A program made the translations under genes and the position numbers. Source: an uncultured Thermoanaerobaculia bacterium (GTDB lineage: Bacteria; Acidobacteriota; Thermoanaerobaculia; Multivoradales; JAGPDF01). Taken from it: a stretch of 64,000 bases of DNA. Below the pieces are notes generated by a model. The model had not been told where the DNA came from and did not search any database. It worked only from the letters and a program-made list of their open reading frames with translations. The stretch is from NCBI GenBank assembly GCA_964618415.1, contig CAZUAT010000002.1, positions 47,758 through 111,757 on the forward strand. Direction: 5' to 3'. Of this stretch, positions 41,924-49,588 are shown in pieces (position 1 is the stretch's first letter; each line of letters begins with the position of its first letter).

Positions 41924-42804
41924 CGAGATGGGGCGCGGTGGCGCTGACGGTCTGCGGACTCGCTGTGGCCGGTGCTGAGGGCGCCCGGGCTGCAGACTGG
42001 CCGGCGCTGGTCGAGCGCGTGGCACCGGCGATCGTCAACGTGAAGCTCTCGCTGAAGACCGAGTCGCCCTACGGCGGCGAAGCGGAGGAGTCGACGCACG
42101 AGGTGCTCGGCACGGTCGTCGACCCCGGCGGCCTGATCCTCATGTGGAACTCCCACTTTTCGCCCAACCGGTTCCTCGAGATCTTCAGTGGGCTGAGCGG
42201 CGAGACGCTCGACTTCAAAGTGACGCCGACCGACATCCGGGTCTCTTTCGACGGCGGGTCGACGGAGCACCCCGCTTTCCTCGCCGCCGCCGACTCCGAT
42301 CTCGACCTGGCGTTCATCCAGCTGCAGGAGCGCCCGGACGCGCCGCTGGCCGCGATCGACTTCTCCCGCGCCGCCACTCCGTCGACGGGTGACGAGCTCG
42401 CGGCGGTCGCGCGCCTGACCGCGGCGTTCGACCGCGTGCCCTATTTCGACGTGCTGCGTCTCACGGGTCAGATCCGCAAGCCGCGCACCGCCTGGATCGT
42501 CGGCGCGGGCAACGCAACGCAGACCGGAATGACCTACTTCGCCGCCGACGGGCTGCCGGCCGGCGTGCTCGTGACGGTCCTCTCGCGCGCCCGTACCGAC
42601 ACCAGCCCCAACAGCAGCAACGTGATGGCCGAGCTGCTGTCGGTGGGCCGAGGGACGGTGGAGGTCGGCCCCCTCGGGCTGTTCCTGCTGCCGGCGAGCC
42701 AGGTACAGCCGGTCATCGAGCAGGCGCGCCAGCGTGCCGTCCAGCTGCTTGCCGAACGGGCTGCAGCCGCAGCTGCGGAGACGCCGGCGGCGCCGGCGCC
42801 CTGA
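41920..42804 (+). CDS. Trypsin-fold (S1-like) secreted protein that lacks the catalytic serine, a probable pseudo-protease
   Basis: Its ATG overlaps the HtrA stop. It has a signal peptide. It is HtrA-like around the His (ILMWNSH) and the Asp (DLDLAFIQL). The GNSGGP box is replaced by GAGNATQTG. Confidence 0.55.
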   Translation: MTRWGAVALTVCGLAVAGAEGARAADWPALVERVAPAIVNVKLSLKTESPYGGEAEESTHEVLGTVVDPGGLILMWNSHFSPNRFLEIFSGLSGETLDFKVTPTDIRVSFDGGSTEHPAFLAAADSDLDLAFIQLQERPDAPLAAIDFSRAATPSTGDELAAVARLTAAFDRVPYFDVLRLTGQIRKPRTAWIVGAGNATQTGMTYFAADGLPAGVLVTVLSRARTDTSPNSSNVMAELLSVGRGTVEVGPLGLFLLPASQVQPVIEQARQRAVQLLAERAAAAAAETPAAPAP

Positions 42805-42813
42805 CGCCAGCGG

Positions 42814-43104
42814 TCAGCCGACCGGCGCGTTCTCGATGCGCAGCATCTTGGCCCACGCGGCGCGCAGGCCGGCGGGCAGGTCGAGCTGGGGAAACAGCTC
42901 GCAGACCTGCTCACGCGTCACCCAGGTCCAGATGTCGTCCCAGTCGGCGAAGCGGAGCAGGTGGGAGATCGCCCAGGCGCGCCGTTCGTCGGTGCCGTGG
43001 GTGAGGAGGTGGCGCAGGTCGGCGGCGGTGAACGGCACGTCCGGGAAGAAGTAGAGCGCGTCGCCACGCTCGAGGTCGGAACGATCGGTGCCGGAGGCCT
43101 GCAT
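42814..43104 (-). CDS. Small hypothetical protein (96 aa)
   Basis: It is a stand-alone ORF with a non-repetitive, protein-like composition (..YFFPDVPFTAADLRHLLTHGTDERRAW..). No domain was recognised. Confidence 0.35.
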   Translation of the reverse strand: MQASGTDRSDLERGDALYFFPDVPFTAADLRHLLTHGTDERRAWAISHLLRFADWDDIWTWVTREQVCELFPQLDLPAGLRAAWAKMLRIENAPVG

Positions 43105-43225
43105 CGCCGGATCAGTATAGCCATAGATCGCGCTGGCGCAAGCGCGCGCCGCGGCGGCGACCGGCTGCAGCTGACTCGGTCACAGCTTGACCGGGCGCGG
43201 GCCCTCGGCTAGATTGGTCCACGAG

Positions 43226-43301
43226 GCGGGCATAACTCAGTTGGTAGAGTGTCAGCTTCCCAAGCTGAATGTCGCGGGTTCGAATCCCGTTGCCCGCTCC
43301 A
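43226..43301 (+). tRNA. tRNA-Gly (anticodon CCC)
   Basis: It is 76 nt long. The acceptor stem pairs GCGGGCA with TGCCCGC. The anticodon stem pairs TCAGC with GCTGA, with loop TTCCCAA. The T-loop reads GGTTCGAATCC. The CCA end is encoded. Confidence 0.8.
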
Positions 43302-43325
43302 GTTTCGACTCCTCCGGCGGCCCCG

Positions 43326-44348
43326 TCAGCGGGCCGCCGTTTTCGTAGCAGCCAGCAGGTCTGCGGGTGGCCCGGCGGCGGGCAGAGCCGGCCACTCCGT
43401 TCCTGTAACGGTGCTCCACAGGTCGATCAGGTCTGTCGGGACCGGCGCTTCGACGCACAGCGGAGCGTCGCTCACCGGGTGGGCGAAGGTGAGTCGCCAG
43501 GCGTGCAGCGCCGGGCGCGGGAACTCCGCGAGCGGCCGTGCGCGGGCTCGCGGCAGGCCGCGCCAGCGCGCCTCTCCGTAGACCGGATCGCCGATCAGCG
43601 GATGCCCGAGGTGTCGCGCATGGACGCGGATCTGATGGGTGCGGCCGGTGTGCAGCCGCAGTTCGAGCAGCGCCAGGGGAGCGGAGCGCGCGACGACCCG
43701 GAAATCGGTACGCGCCGGCCGGGCGCCCGCCACCACCGCCATCCGCTTCCGGTCGCGCCGATCGCGGCCGATCGGCGCCTCGATCGAGCCGCTGTCGGCG
43801 CGCGGCGCGCCCCAGGTGATCGCCAGGTAGCGTTTGTCGACTTCGCGCTGAGCAAACGACCGGGCGAGTGCCGTGTAGGCACGCGGAGTGCGCGCGACGA
43901 GCAGCAGACCGCTGGTGCCGAGGTCGAGCCGGTGAACGATTCCCGGCCGGCCCGGGCCGCCTACGCCGGCGATGTCGGGATAGCGCGCCAGCAGGCGATG
44001 CGCGAACGTGCCGGTGGCGCGGCCGGCGCCGGGGTGGACGGCGAGATCGGGCGGCTTGTCGAACGCGAGCAGATCGTCGTCCTCGTACAGCACTGTCAGG
44101 GCCCCCTCTTCCGGCAGCAGACGGTCGTCAGTGAGCGGCGGGGGATCCCAACTCAGCACACTCTCGGCACGCAGCTGCGCGGACGGACGGGTGACCGCTG
44201 CGCCGTCCACCGTCACCCGGCCGGCGCGGATCCATTGCGCAACCTGGTTGCGCGGCAGAGCGAGCGATGTCGCGAGCGCGCGGTCGAGCCGTTCGCCGGC
44301 GAGCGCCGCGCCTGCGGTGAGACTGCCGGCCGCGGGCCGTCCGCTCAC
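43326..44348 (-). CDS. rluD: 23S rRNA pseudouridine synthase, RluD/RluA family, with an S4 N-terminal domain
   Basis: The S4 motif reads ERLDRALA...RNQVAQWIRAGRVTVDG. The catalytic motif reads HRLDLGTSGLLLVART. The GTG start overlaps the lspA stop by 4 bp. Confidence 0.8.
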   Translation of the reverse strand: MSGRPAAGSLTAGAALAGERLDRALATSLALPRNQVAQWIRAGRVTVDGAAVTRPSAQLRAESVLSWDPPPLTDDRLLPEEGALTVLYEDDDLLAFDKPPDLAVHPGAGRATGTFAHRLLARYPDIAGVGGPGRPGIVHRLDLGTSGLLLVARTPRAYTALARSFAQREVDKRYLAITWGAPRADSGSIEAPIGRDRRDRKRMAVVAGARPARTDFRVVARSAPLALLELRLHTGRTHQIRVHARHLGHPLIGDPVYGEARWRGLPRARARPLAEFPRPALHAWRLTFAHPVSDAPLCVEAPVPTDLIDLWSTVTGTEWPALPAAGPPADLLAATKTAAR

Positions 44349-44863
44349 GCCGCTTCCGGCGGTGTCGTCGGCTCGGCGGGGGTCAGCAGAGCGTCCAGCA
44401 GGACGACGACGACCCCGAGGAAGATCGCACTGTCGGCGAGATTGAAATCGGGCCAGCGGTAGCTGCCGAGATAGACGCCGAGGAAGTCGGTGACTGCGCC
44501 GCGGGTGACGCGATCGAGCAGATTGCCGACCGATCCGCCGAGGACCAGCGTCAACGCCCACAGCAGCCGGGTCTGGTCGGGCGGGGTGCGCAGGAAGACC
44601 ACGGTGATGAACGCCAGTACGGCCAGGCCGAGGCCGGCGAGCATCGCGGTGTGCAGGGCGTCTCCACCCGAGGCGAAAAGGCCGAAGGCGATGCCGGTGT
44701 TGCGCACGTTGGAGAGGTGGAAGAACGACAGGATCTCGCGCGAGCTGTGCAGCGGCAGGTTCGTTTCGACCAGCCACTTCGTCCACTGGTCGAGCCCGAA
44801 CACGAGCGCCATGGCGGCCAGGTAGCGTCCCTTGCCGGCCAGCATTGCCGCGAGTCGCTTCAC
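44345..44863 (-). CDS. lspA: Lipoprotein signal peptidase II
   Basis: It has 4 TM helices. Motifs are FGLDQWTK, the SNVRNTGIAFG motif and DFNLADSAIFLGVVVVLL. The ORF track merges it into a 398-aa artefact. The start is a GTG at 44863, with an alternative ATG at 44845. Confidence 0.8.
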   Translation of the reverse strand: MKRLAAMLAGKGRYLAAMALVFGLDQWTKWLVETNLPLHSSREILSFFHLSNVRNTGIAFGLFASGGDALHTAMLAGLGLAVLAFITVVFLRTPPDQTRLLWALTLVLGGSVGNLLDRVTRGAVTDFLGVYLGSYRWPDFNLADSAIFLGVVVVLLDALLTPAEPTTPPEAA

Positions 44864-45264
44864 GAGACCGCCTCGGTCGGCTGGACGCCTTCGAGGATCA
44901 CGACTGCGGCGGCAGTGCGCGCGTCGTGGGTGATCGACAGGTGCATCGCGGAGACCCCCATGGCGTCCGCGCGGCGCCGCGCGGCACCGTGGAGCGTCAG
45001 TGCCGGCGCGCCGGCTCCGTTGCGGACGACCTCGATCTGGTGAAAGCCGATGCCCGCCGCCCAGCCGGTGCCGAGCGCCTTCATGGCCGCCTCCTTGGCC
45101 GCGAACAGGCCGGCGATGTGTGCCACGCGTGCCGGACCGCTGGCCGCGCGCGGCTCGGTCGGCCGGCAGATGCGGCGCACCGCACCCTCGCCGTGGCGAT
45201 CGAGTAGGCGCGACATGCGATCGAGGTCGACCAGGTCGAGACCGACTCCCAGCACGCGGTTCAT
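44860..45264 (-). CDS. acpS: Holo-[acyl-carrier-protein] synthase
   Basis: Translation begins MNRVLGVGLDLVDLDRM. The motif FAAKEAAMKALGTG follows. It is about 134 aa long. It overlaps the lspA start by 4 bp. Confidence 0.85.
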   Translation of the reverse strand: MNRVLGVGLDLVDLDRMSRLLDRHGEGAVRRICRPTEPRAASGPARVAHIAGLFAAKEAAMKALGTGWAAGIGFHQIEVVRNGAGAPALTLHGAARRRADAMGVSAMHLSITHDARTAAAVVILEGVQPTEAVS

Positions 45265-45359
45265 GCGAGCTCCCCGGGGCCGCGGATCGGGCAGGCGTCA
45301 GCGCCGGCCGCAGCGGCCTCGCAAGCGAGGATAGCGCGACGGCGCTGCGCCTCCGAGGT

Positions 45360-45605
45360 TCACGGCAGGTGCAGCCGGCGGACGAAGCCATCGAGATCGT
45401 GCAGCGCCCAGACGAGGTGGACGAGGCCGAAGCCGCACAGGGCGCCGCGCGCCGCCCCGGATGCGGCGAGTCGGGCCAGCTCCGGCACGGCGATTCCGAC
45501 CGCGAACCGCTCCCAGCTTGCCGTCCAGGGGAGGACGGCAAGCAGGAGGCCCGCTTCGAGGCAGTAGACGAAGAAGAGAACGCGAAATGCCGATTCGAGC
45601 CGCAC
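45360..45605 (-). CDS. Small hypothetical membrane protein (81 aa)
   Basis: It has two hydrophobic helices (FRVLFFVYCLEAGLLLAVLPW, ALCGFGLVHLVWAL). It sits between the FecR/W-rich gene and acpS on the same strand. It may be spurious. Confidence 0.3.
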   Translation of the reverse strand: MRLESAFRVLFFVYCLEAGLLLAVLPWTASWERFAVGIAVPELARLAASGAARGALCGFGLVHLVWALHDLDGFVRRLHLP

Positions 45606-45652
45606 GAGACGCGGATGCTACCGCGATCGTCTCGTGCGGCTCGGGCGGGAAG

Positions 45653-47992
45653 CTACTTGTGGCGCGAGCTGGTGCGGTTGCCGGAACCGCCGCTGGAGGA
45701 GGCGCGGCTGCCGTTGCCTCCACCGTTGCCGCCGCTGCGCGGCGACGCACTCGAGCCGGACGGCTTTGACGGCGGTGGGACCGCGCGCGGCGCGTTCTGC
45801 GGAGGCCGCGGAGTCGCGGTGGTGGGCGGAGTGCCGACGCGCGGCGTCGGAGCGGGCCGCGGAGTGACCGCGGTGGGCGGACCGACCGGGCGAGTCGGCT
45901 CCACGCCCGAGCGGGTGCGCGGCACCGGAGTGCCCCAGACCGGACGCGGTCGATCGGTCGTCCCGACACGACCCCCGGGGGTGGCGTTGCCGCTGGCCGG
46001 CGGCTGCGGGCGCTCCCAGCGCCGCCCGGGCTCAGGCGTGGGCGCTCCAGGGGAGTCCGAGCCGGCGCGCGGGATGCCGCGCACCACCCGCTGCACCGGC
46101 GGCGTGCTGCCGGCGCCGCCACGATCGACCTGCGGGGTCGCCGGACGCGGCGGAAGAGCGCGCGGCGTCGACCCGTGAACGGTCGCCGGGGGCGTCGGTC
46201 GGTCGGCGCGCCAGCGCTGGCGGTCGTCGCCAGCCGGCGACACCGGGCGGGTGCGCACGGCCGGGTTGCCCGAGTCGAACACGGTCCCGTTCCGGGGCGG
46301 CGTGCGGTCGGTTGCCGACGGAGTCACGGGGCTGCCGGCACGAGGCGGGGTCTGCGGCCGCGCGCTGTCGAGGACGACGCCCGAACCGGTGTGGGCGCGC
46401 ACCTGAGGGTTGCTCGCCGCCGGCCGCTCCGCAGTCGGACGACCGGGGCGCCCGCCGCCCAGCTCGACGGTCGGTCGGCCGGAGCGCACGTCGCCGTCGA
46501 GATCGGGCACGCCGCCCGAACCGGAACCTGGGCGACCGGTAACGGGGCGCACGGGCGACGTCGAGTTGGGGCGCGCGCCGCTGCGCGGCAGTTCTCCAAT
46601 GCGGATCCGGTCGGTCGGGCGCGGCTCGATCGCCTGCACCACGGTGGGTGGCAGATCGCGCTTGCGGGCGACGAAGTCGGTCACATCGGGCAGGCCGGTG
46701 GTGAAGCGGGACCGGGCACGCCGCTCGAAATCGCGGAACACCTCGGGACGATCGAAGCCGTGGCGCGGCACGCCGCGGGTGTCGGTGGTCAGAATCCCGC
46801 GCGGGACGTTCGGACCGTGCTCGCGGGCCAGTTCGCGGGAGCCGCGGTGCCAGCGCCGCCAGTCGCGGTCACACACGCGCCGGGTGGGCCGGAAGCACCA
46901 GTTGTCGTAATGGCTCCACGAGCCTCCCGCCCAGCCGTAGGAACCCCAGCCGAAGCCGCGGTCCCAGCCGTGGCGGCGATACCAGTTGGTGTAGTAACCG
47001 ACGGGAATCCAGCCAGTCCAGGCGTCCGAGACGTGCCAGTAGACCCACGCGGGAGAGTAGCGGCGGCCCGGGCGCCAGACCCAGCCGTAGCCTCCGATCT
47101 CGGACCAGGTGCCGTAGTGGTACGGCACCCAGCCCCAGCGTTCGTACGACACCCAGGTCAGGCCGCTCGGCGTCCACGCCCACCGTCCGTGGGTGTAGGG
47201 ACGCCAGCCGACCTCGACGCGCGGCTGCCAGTAGGCGACCGCATCGATCGTCAGCCAGGTACCGTGACCGGCCATCGGTGCGGCTCGGTAAGCGAGCTCC
47301 GGTTCCACGTAGAGCGTCGCGTTGCGCGCTTGGGCGGCCTGCTCGAGTAGCTGTTCGCCCCACAGTTCGAGGGGGCTCCGTGCACCGGCAGCGATCTGGT
47401 CGACGCGCCGCCGGCCGGTCGAAGCGATCGCCGCCTCGCCACTGCGCACGATGACCGAACCGTCAGCCGTGGCCACTTCGGCGAAACCCTCACGCACGAC
47501 GACTTCAGTCCAGCCGCTCGCGTCTCGGCGCACGCGATAGGTGCCCGGCTCGTGGATCACCACCTCGACACTGCCGGCGCGGAGCTCCGGCAGCGCATCG
47601 CCGAGCGCCTCGTCGGAGACGACGAGGACGACTTCGCCCTGCTCGAGTTCGAGCCGGGTGGTCCGGTCTCCGCGGTCGCCCGAAAAGGCGATCCGCGACA
47701 GATAGACGGCGGAATCGCCGCCCACCCGAAGCAGGTTGCGGTCGGCCAGCGCGATCTCGACCCGCGCTCCACGTGCGACGCGCACCGCGTCGCCGGCCAG
47801 CAGGGGCTGGTTGAGTTCCGCGGTCTCGCCCGGGCCCTGACCGGCCGAGGTGAGAGTGGCGGTGCCGTCGAGCGCCGCGACGTACGAGTAGCTCTCCAGT
47901 TCGTCCAGCTCGCGGTCGGCCCGGGCGACAGTTGCCGGTCCCAACAGGAGCAGGGTAGTGGCCACGCAGGCCTGCAGGCAGATTCGGTTCAT
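45653..47992 (-). CDS. Secreted FecR-domain protein with a Trp/Gly/Tyr-rich repeat region and a long Pro/Thr/Arg-rich disordered C-terminal tail
   Basis: Its ATG is at 47992. It has a signal peptide MNRICLQACVATTLLLLGPATVARA. The FecR-like beta-sandwich region reads GDAVRVARGARVEIALADRNLLRVGGDSAVYL, then GTYRVRRDASGWTEVVVREGFAEV. An approximately 110-aa block is dense in W/G/Y (WGWVPYHYGTWSEIGGYGWVWRP, GWDRGFGWGSYGWAGGSWSHYDNW). After that come about 330 aa of low-complexity PT/R-rich sequence. Confidence 0.6.
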   Translation of the reverse strand: MNRICLQACVATTLLLLGPATVARADRELDELESYSYVAALDGTATLTSAGQGPGETAELNQPLLAGDAVRVARGARVEIALADRNLLRVGGDSAVYLSRIAFSGDRGDRTTRLELEQGEVVLVVSDEALGDALPELRAGSVEVVIHEPGTYRVRRDASGWTEVVVREGFAEVATADGSVIVRSGEAAIASTGRRRVDQIAAGARSPLELWGEQLLEQAAQARNATLYVEPELAYRAAPMAGHGTWLTIDAVAYWQPRVEVGWRPYTHGRWAWTPSGLTWVSYERWGWVPYHYGTWSEIGGYGWVWRPGRRYSPAWVYWHVSDAWTGWIPVGYYTNWYRRHGWDRGFGWGSYGWAGGSWSHYDNWCFRPTRRVCDRDWRRWHRGSRELAREHGPNVPRGILTTDTRGVPRHGFDRPEVFRDFERRARSRFTTGLPDVTDFVARKRDLPPTVVQAIEPRPTDRIRIGELPRSGARPNSTSPVRPVTGRPGSGSGGVPDLDGDVRSGRPTVELGGGRPGRPTAERPAASNPQVRAHTGSGVVLDSARPQTPPRAGSPVTPSATDRTPPRNGTVFDSGNPAVRTRPVSPAGDDRQRWRADRPTPPATVHGSTPRALPPRPATPQVDRGGAGSTPPVQRVVRGIPRAGSDSPGAPTPEPGRRWERPQPPASGNATPGGRVGTTDRPRPVWGTPVPRTRSGVEPTRPVGPPTAVTPRPAPTPRVGTPPTTATPRPPQNAPRAVPPPSKPSGSSASPRSGGNGGGNGSRASSSGGSGNRTSSRHK

Positions 47993-48167
47993 GGAGCCTC
48001 CTCGGCGCATCGCGCGCTCAACCGTTTCACGGGTAGGTACAGCAAAGTCTGCGCCAGGCCTCCCGAGGCGATCGGACAGCTCCGCCGGCCATCGACAGGG
48101 GCCGGATCTCCTGCTATCGTTTGTCGCGGAGATCCCGGCCGGAACAACTCTCGAGCGCGGAGACCGC

Positions 48168-49064
48168 ATGCTCAAGAAGCTGTTCGGCAAGGGTGAAGCT
48201 CGCGCGCCCGAACGCGCACGCGAGCCCGAGCTGTCGATCGACGATCTGATCGTGCTCGAGCGGTGGGACGAGGCGATCGCCCACCTCGAGGCGCGGGTCA
48301 AAGCCCATCCGCGCGACCTCCACGCGCAGCTCAAGCTCGCCGATGCCCTCGTCAAGGTGCGCAAGCCGCAGCGCGCCCTCGACCAGTATCTGCTGGTCGT
48401 CGACTCCTACGCCGAGGATGGCTTCTTCGACCGGGCGATCGCGCTGCTCAACAAGATCGGTCGCCTGGCGCCAGCCGACGAGCAGATCGCTGCGCGGCAC
48501 AAACGCCTGCAGCGGCTCAAGGAGCTCGAGCACAGCCGGGTAATGGCGATCGAGGGGCTGATGGCCGGGCAGGCGGACCAGGGCCCGCTGGCACGCCTGT
48601 CGCCGATCGAGGCGCAGCAGATCTGGCAGAGCGTGGCGAGTTCGGACCTGGTGCGCCGGCTGCCCGGCGAGCAGCTGCGCCGCCTGTTCCTGGGCGCTGG
48701 CCTGGCGATCTGGGAGGCCAACGAGATCGTCGCCGAGCGGGGCAGCGGTATCGAGCGGATGTTCCTGGTCGTCAAGGGGCAGGTCGAGGCGATCCTGGCG
48801 CTGCCGGACGGCAAACTGACTCAGCTGCGGGTGCTCTCGACCGGGGACCTGTTCGGCGAGCGGGCGCTGCTCGAGCACAAGCCGTGGCCGGCGACTTTCC
48901 GGGTCCTGGAGCGGACGCGGCTGCTGCGCATCGACAAGCAGGGCCTGGAGAAGGCGCTGGCCGGCAACCCCGACCCGCGGCAGTTGCTGGAGGCGCTGCG
49001 CTCGCAGCGCCACGATCGCGAGGTGGCGGCGGCCGTCGAGAAGCTGCTAGTTTCTCCCGCCTGA
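48168..49064 (+). CDS. TPR-like N-terminal domain plus a cyclic-nucleotide-binding (CAP effector) domain protein
   Basis: The N-terminus is helical TPR-like (HLEARVKAHPRDLHAQLKLADAL, DQYLLVVDSYAEDGFFDRAIALL). The C-terminal cNMP-binding fold reads ERGSGIERMFLVVKGQVE...LSTGDLFGERALL. Its stop overlaps the def start in an ATGA overlap. Confidence 0.7.
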   Translation: MLKKLFGKGEARAPERAREPELSIDDLIVLERWDEAIAHLEARVKAHPRDLHAQLKLADALVKVRKPQRALDQYLLVVDSYAEDGFFDRAIALLNKIGRLAPADEQIAARHKRLQRLKELEHSRVMAIEGLMAGQADQGPLARLSPIEAQQIWQSVASSDLVRRLPGEQLRRLFLGAGLAIWEANEIVAERGSGIERMFLVVKGQVEAILALPDGKLTQLRVLSTGDLFGERALLEHKPWPATFRVLERTRLLRIDKQGLEKALAGNPDPRQLLEALRSQRHDREVAAAVEKLLVSPA

Positions 49065-49582
49065 TGGCGGTCCTGCCGATCCTGCTCTACCCCGACCCGG
49101 TCCTGCGGCGCGTCGCCCGCGAGGTCGACCGGTTCGACGACCGCCTGCGCGCCCTGGTTGCCGATATGGCGGCGACCATGTACGACGCACCAGGGATCGG
49201 GCTGGCGGCGCCGCAGGTCGGGGTGGAGGAGCGCGTGGCGGTGGTCGACGTCGGCTCCGGGACGCCCGACTCGCAGCTCCTGGTCCTGGTCAACCCTCGT
49301 CTGGCCGCCCAGTCGGGCAGCCAGCCGAGCGAGGAAGGCTGCCTCTCGATCCCCGGTCTCACCGAAACCATCGAGCGCCCGGCGCGGGTGACCGTCGCCG
49401 CCCTCGACGCCGACGGACGTGCCTTCGAGGTAGCCGCAGAAGGGCTGCTGGCGCGCGCCCTCTGCCACGAGATCGACCATCTCGACGGCATCCTGTTCGT
49501 GGATCGCCTGACCGGCCTGCGCAAGGAGTCGGCGCGGCGCAAGCTGCGCCGTTTGCCCTACGTGCGCGAAGCGGCCAGCTAG
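49064..49582 (+). CDS. def: Peptide deformylase
   Basis: The motifs GIGLAAPQVG, EGCLSIPG and HEIDHLDG are all present. Confidence 0.9.
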   Translation: MAVLPILLYPDPVLRRVAREVDRFDDRLRALVADMAATMYDAPGIGLAAPQVGVEERVAVVDVGSGTPDSQLLVLVNPRLAAQSGSQPSEEGCLSIPGLTETIERPARVTVAALDADGRAFEVAAEGLLARALCHEIDHLDGILFVDRLTGLRKESARRKLRRLPYVREAAS

Positions 49583-49588
49583 CCTTCG

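Noticed and set aside
43269-45541. 397-aa plus ORF (43269..44462) and the merged 486-aa and 398-aa minus ORFs
   Set aside because: The plus ORF is antisense to rluD. The track's minus ORFs merge rluD with the lspA 3' end, and lspA with the acpS region, in wrong frames. I resolved them into rluD (43326..44348), lspA (44345..44863) and acpS (44860..45264) from conserved motifs.
45000-47350. 392-aa (45000..46178) and 391-aa (46175..47350) plus-strand ORFs
   Set aside because: They lie antisense to the FecR/W-rich/PT-rich protein. The minus-strand frame has a signal peptide and a coherent domain pattern.
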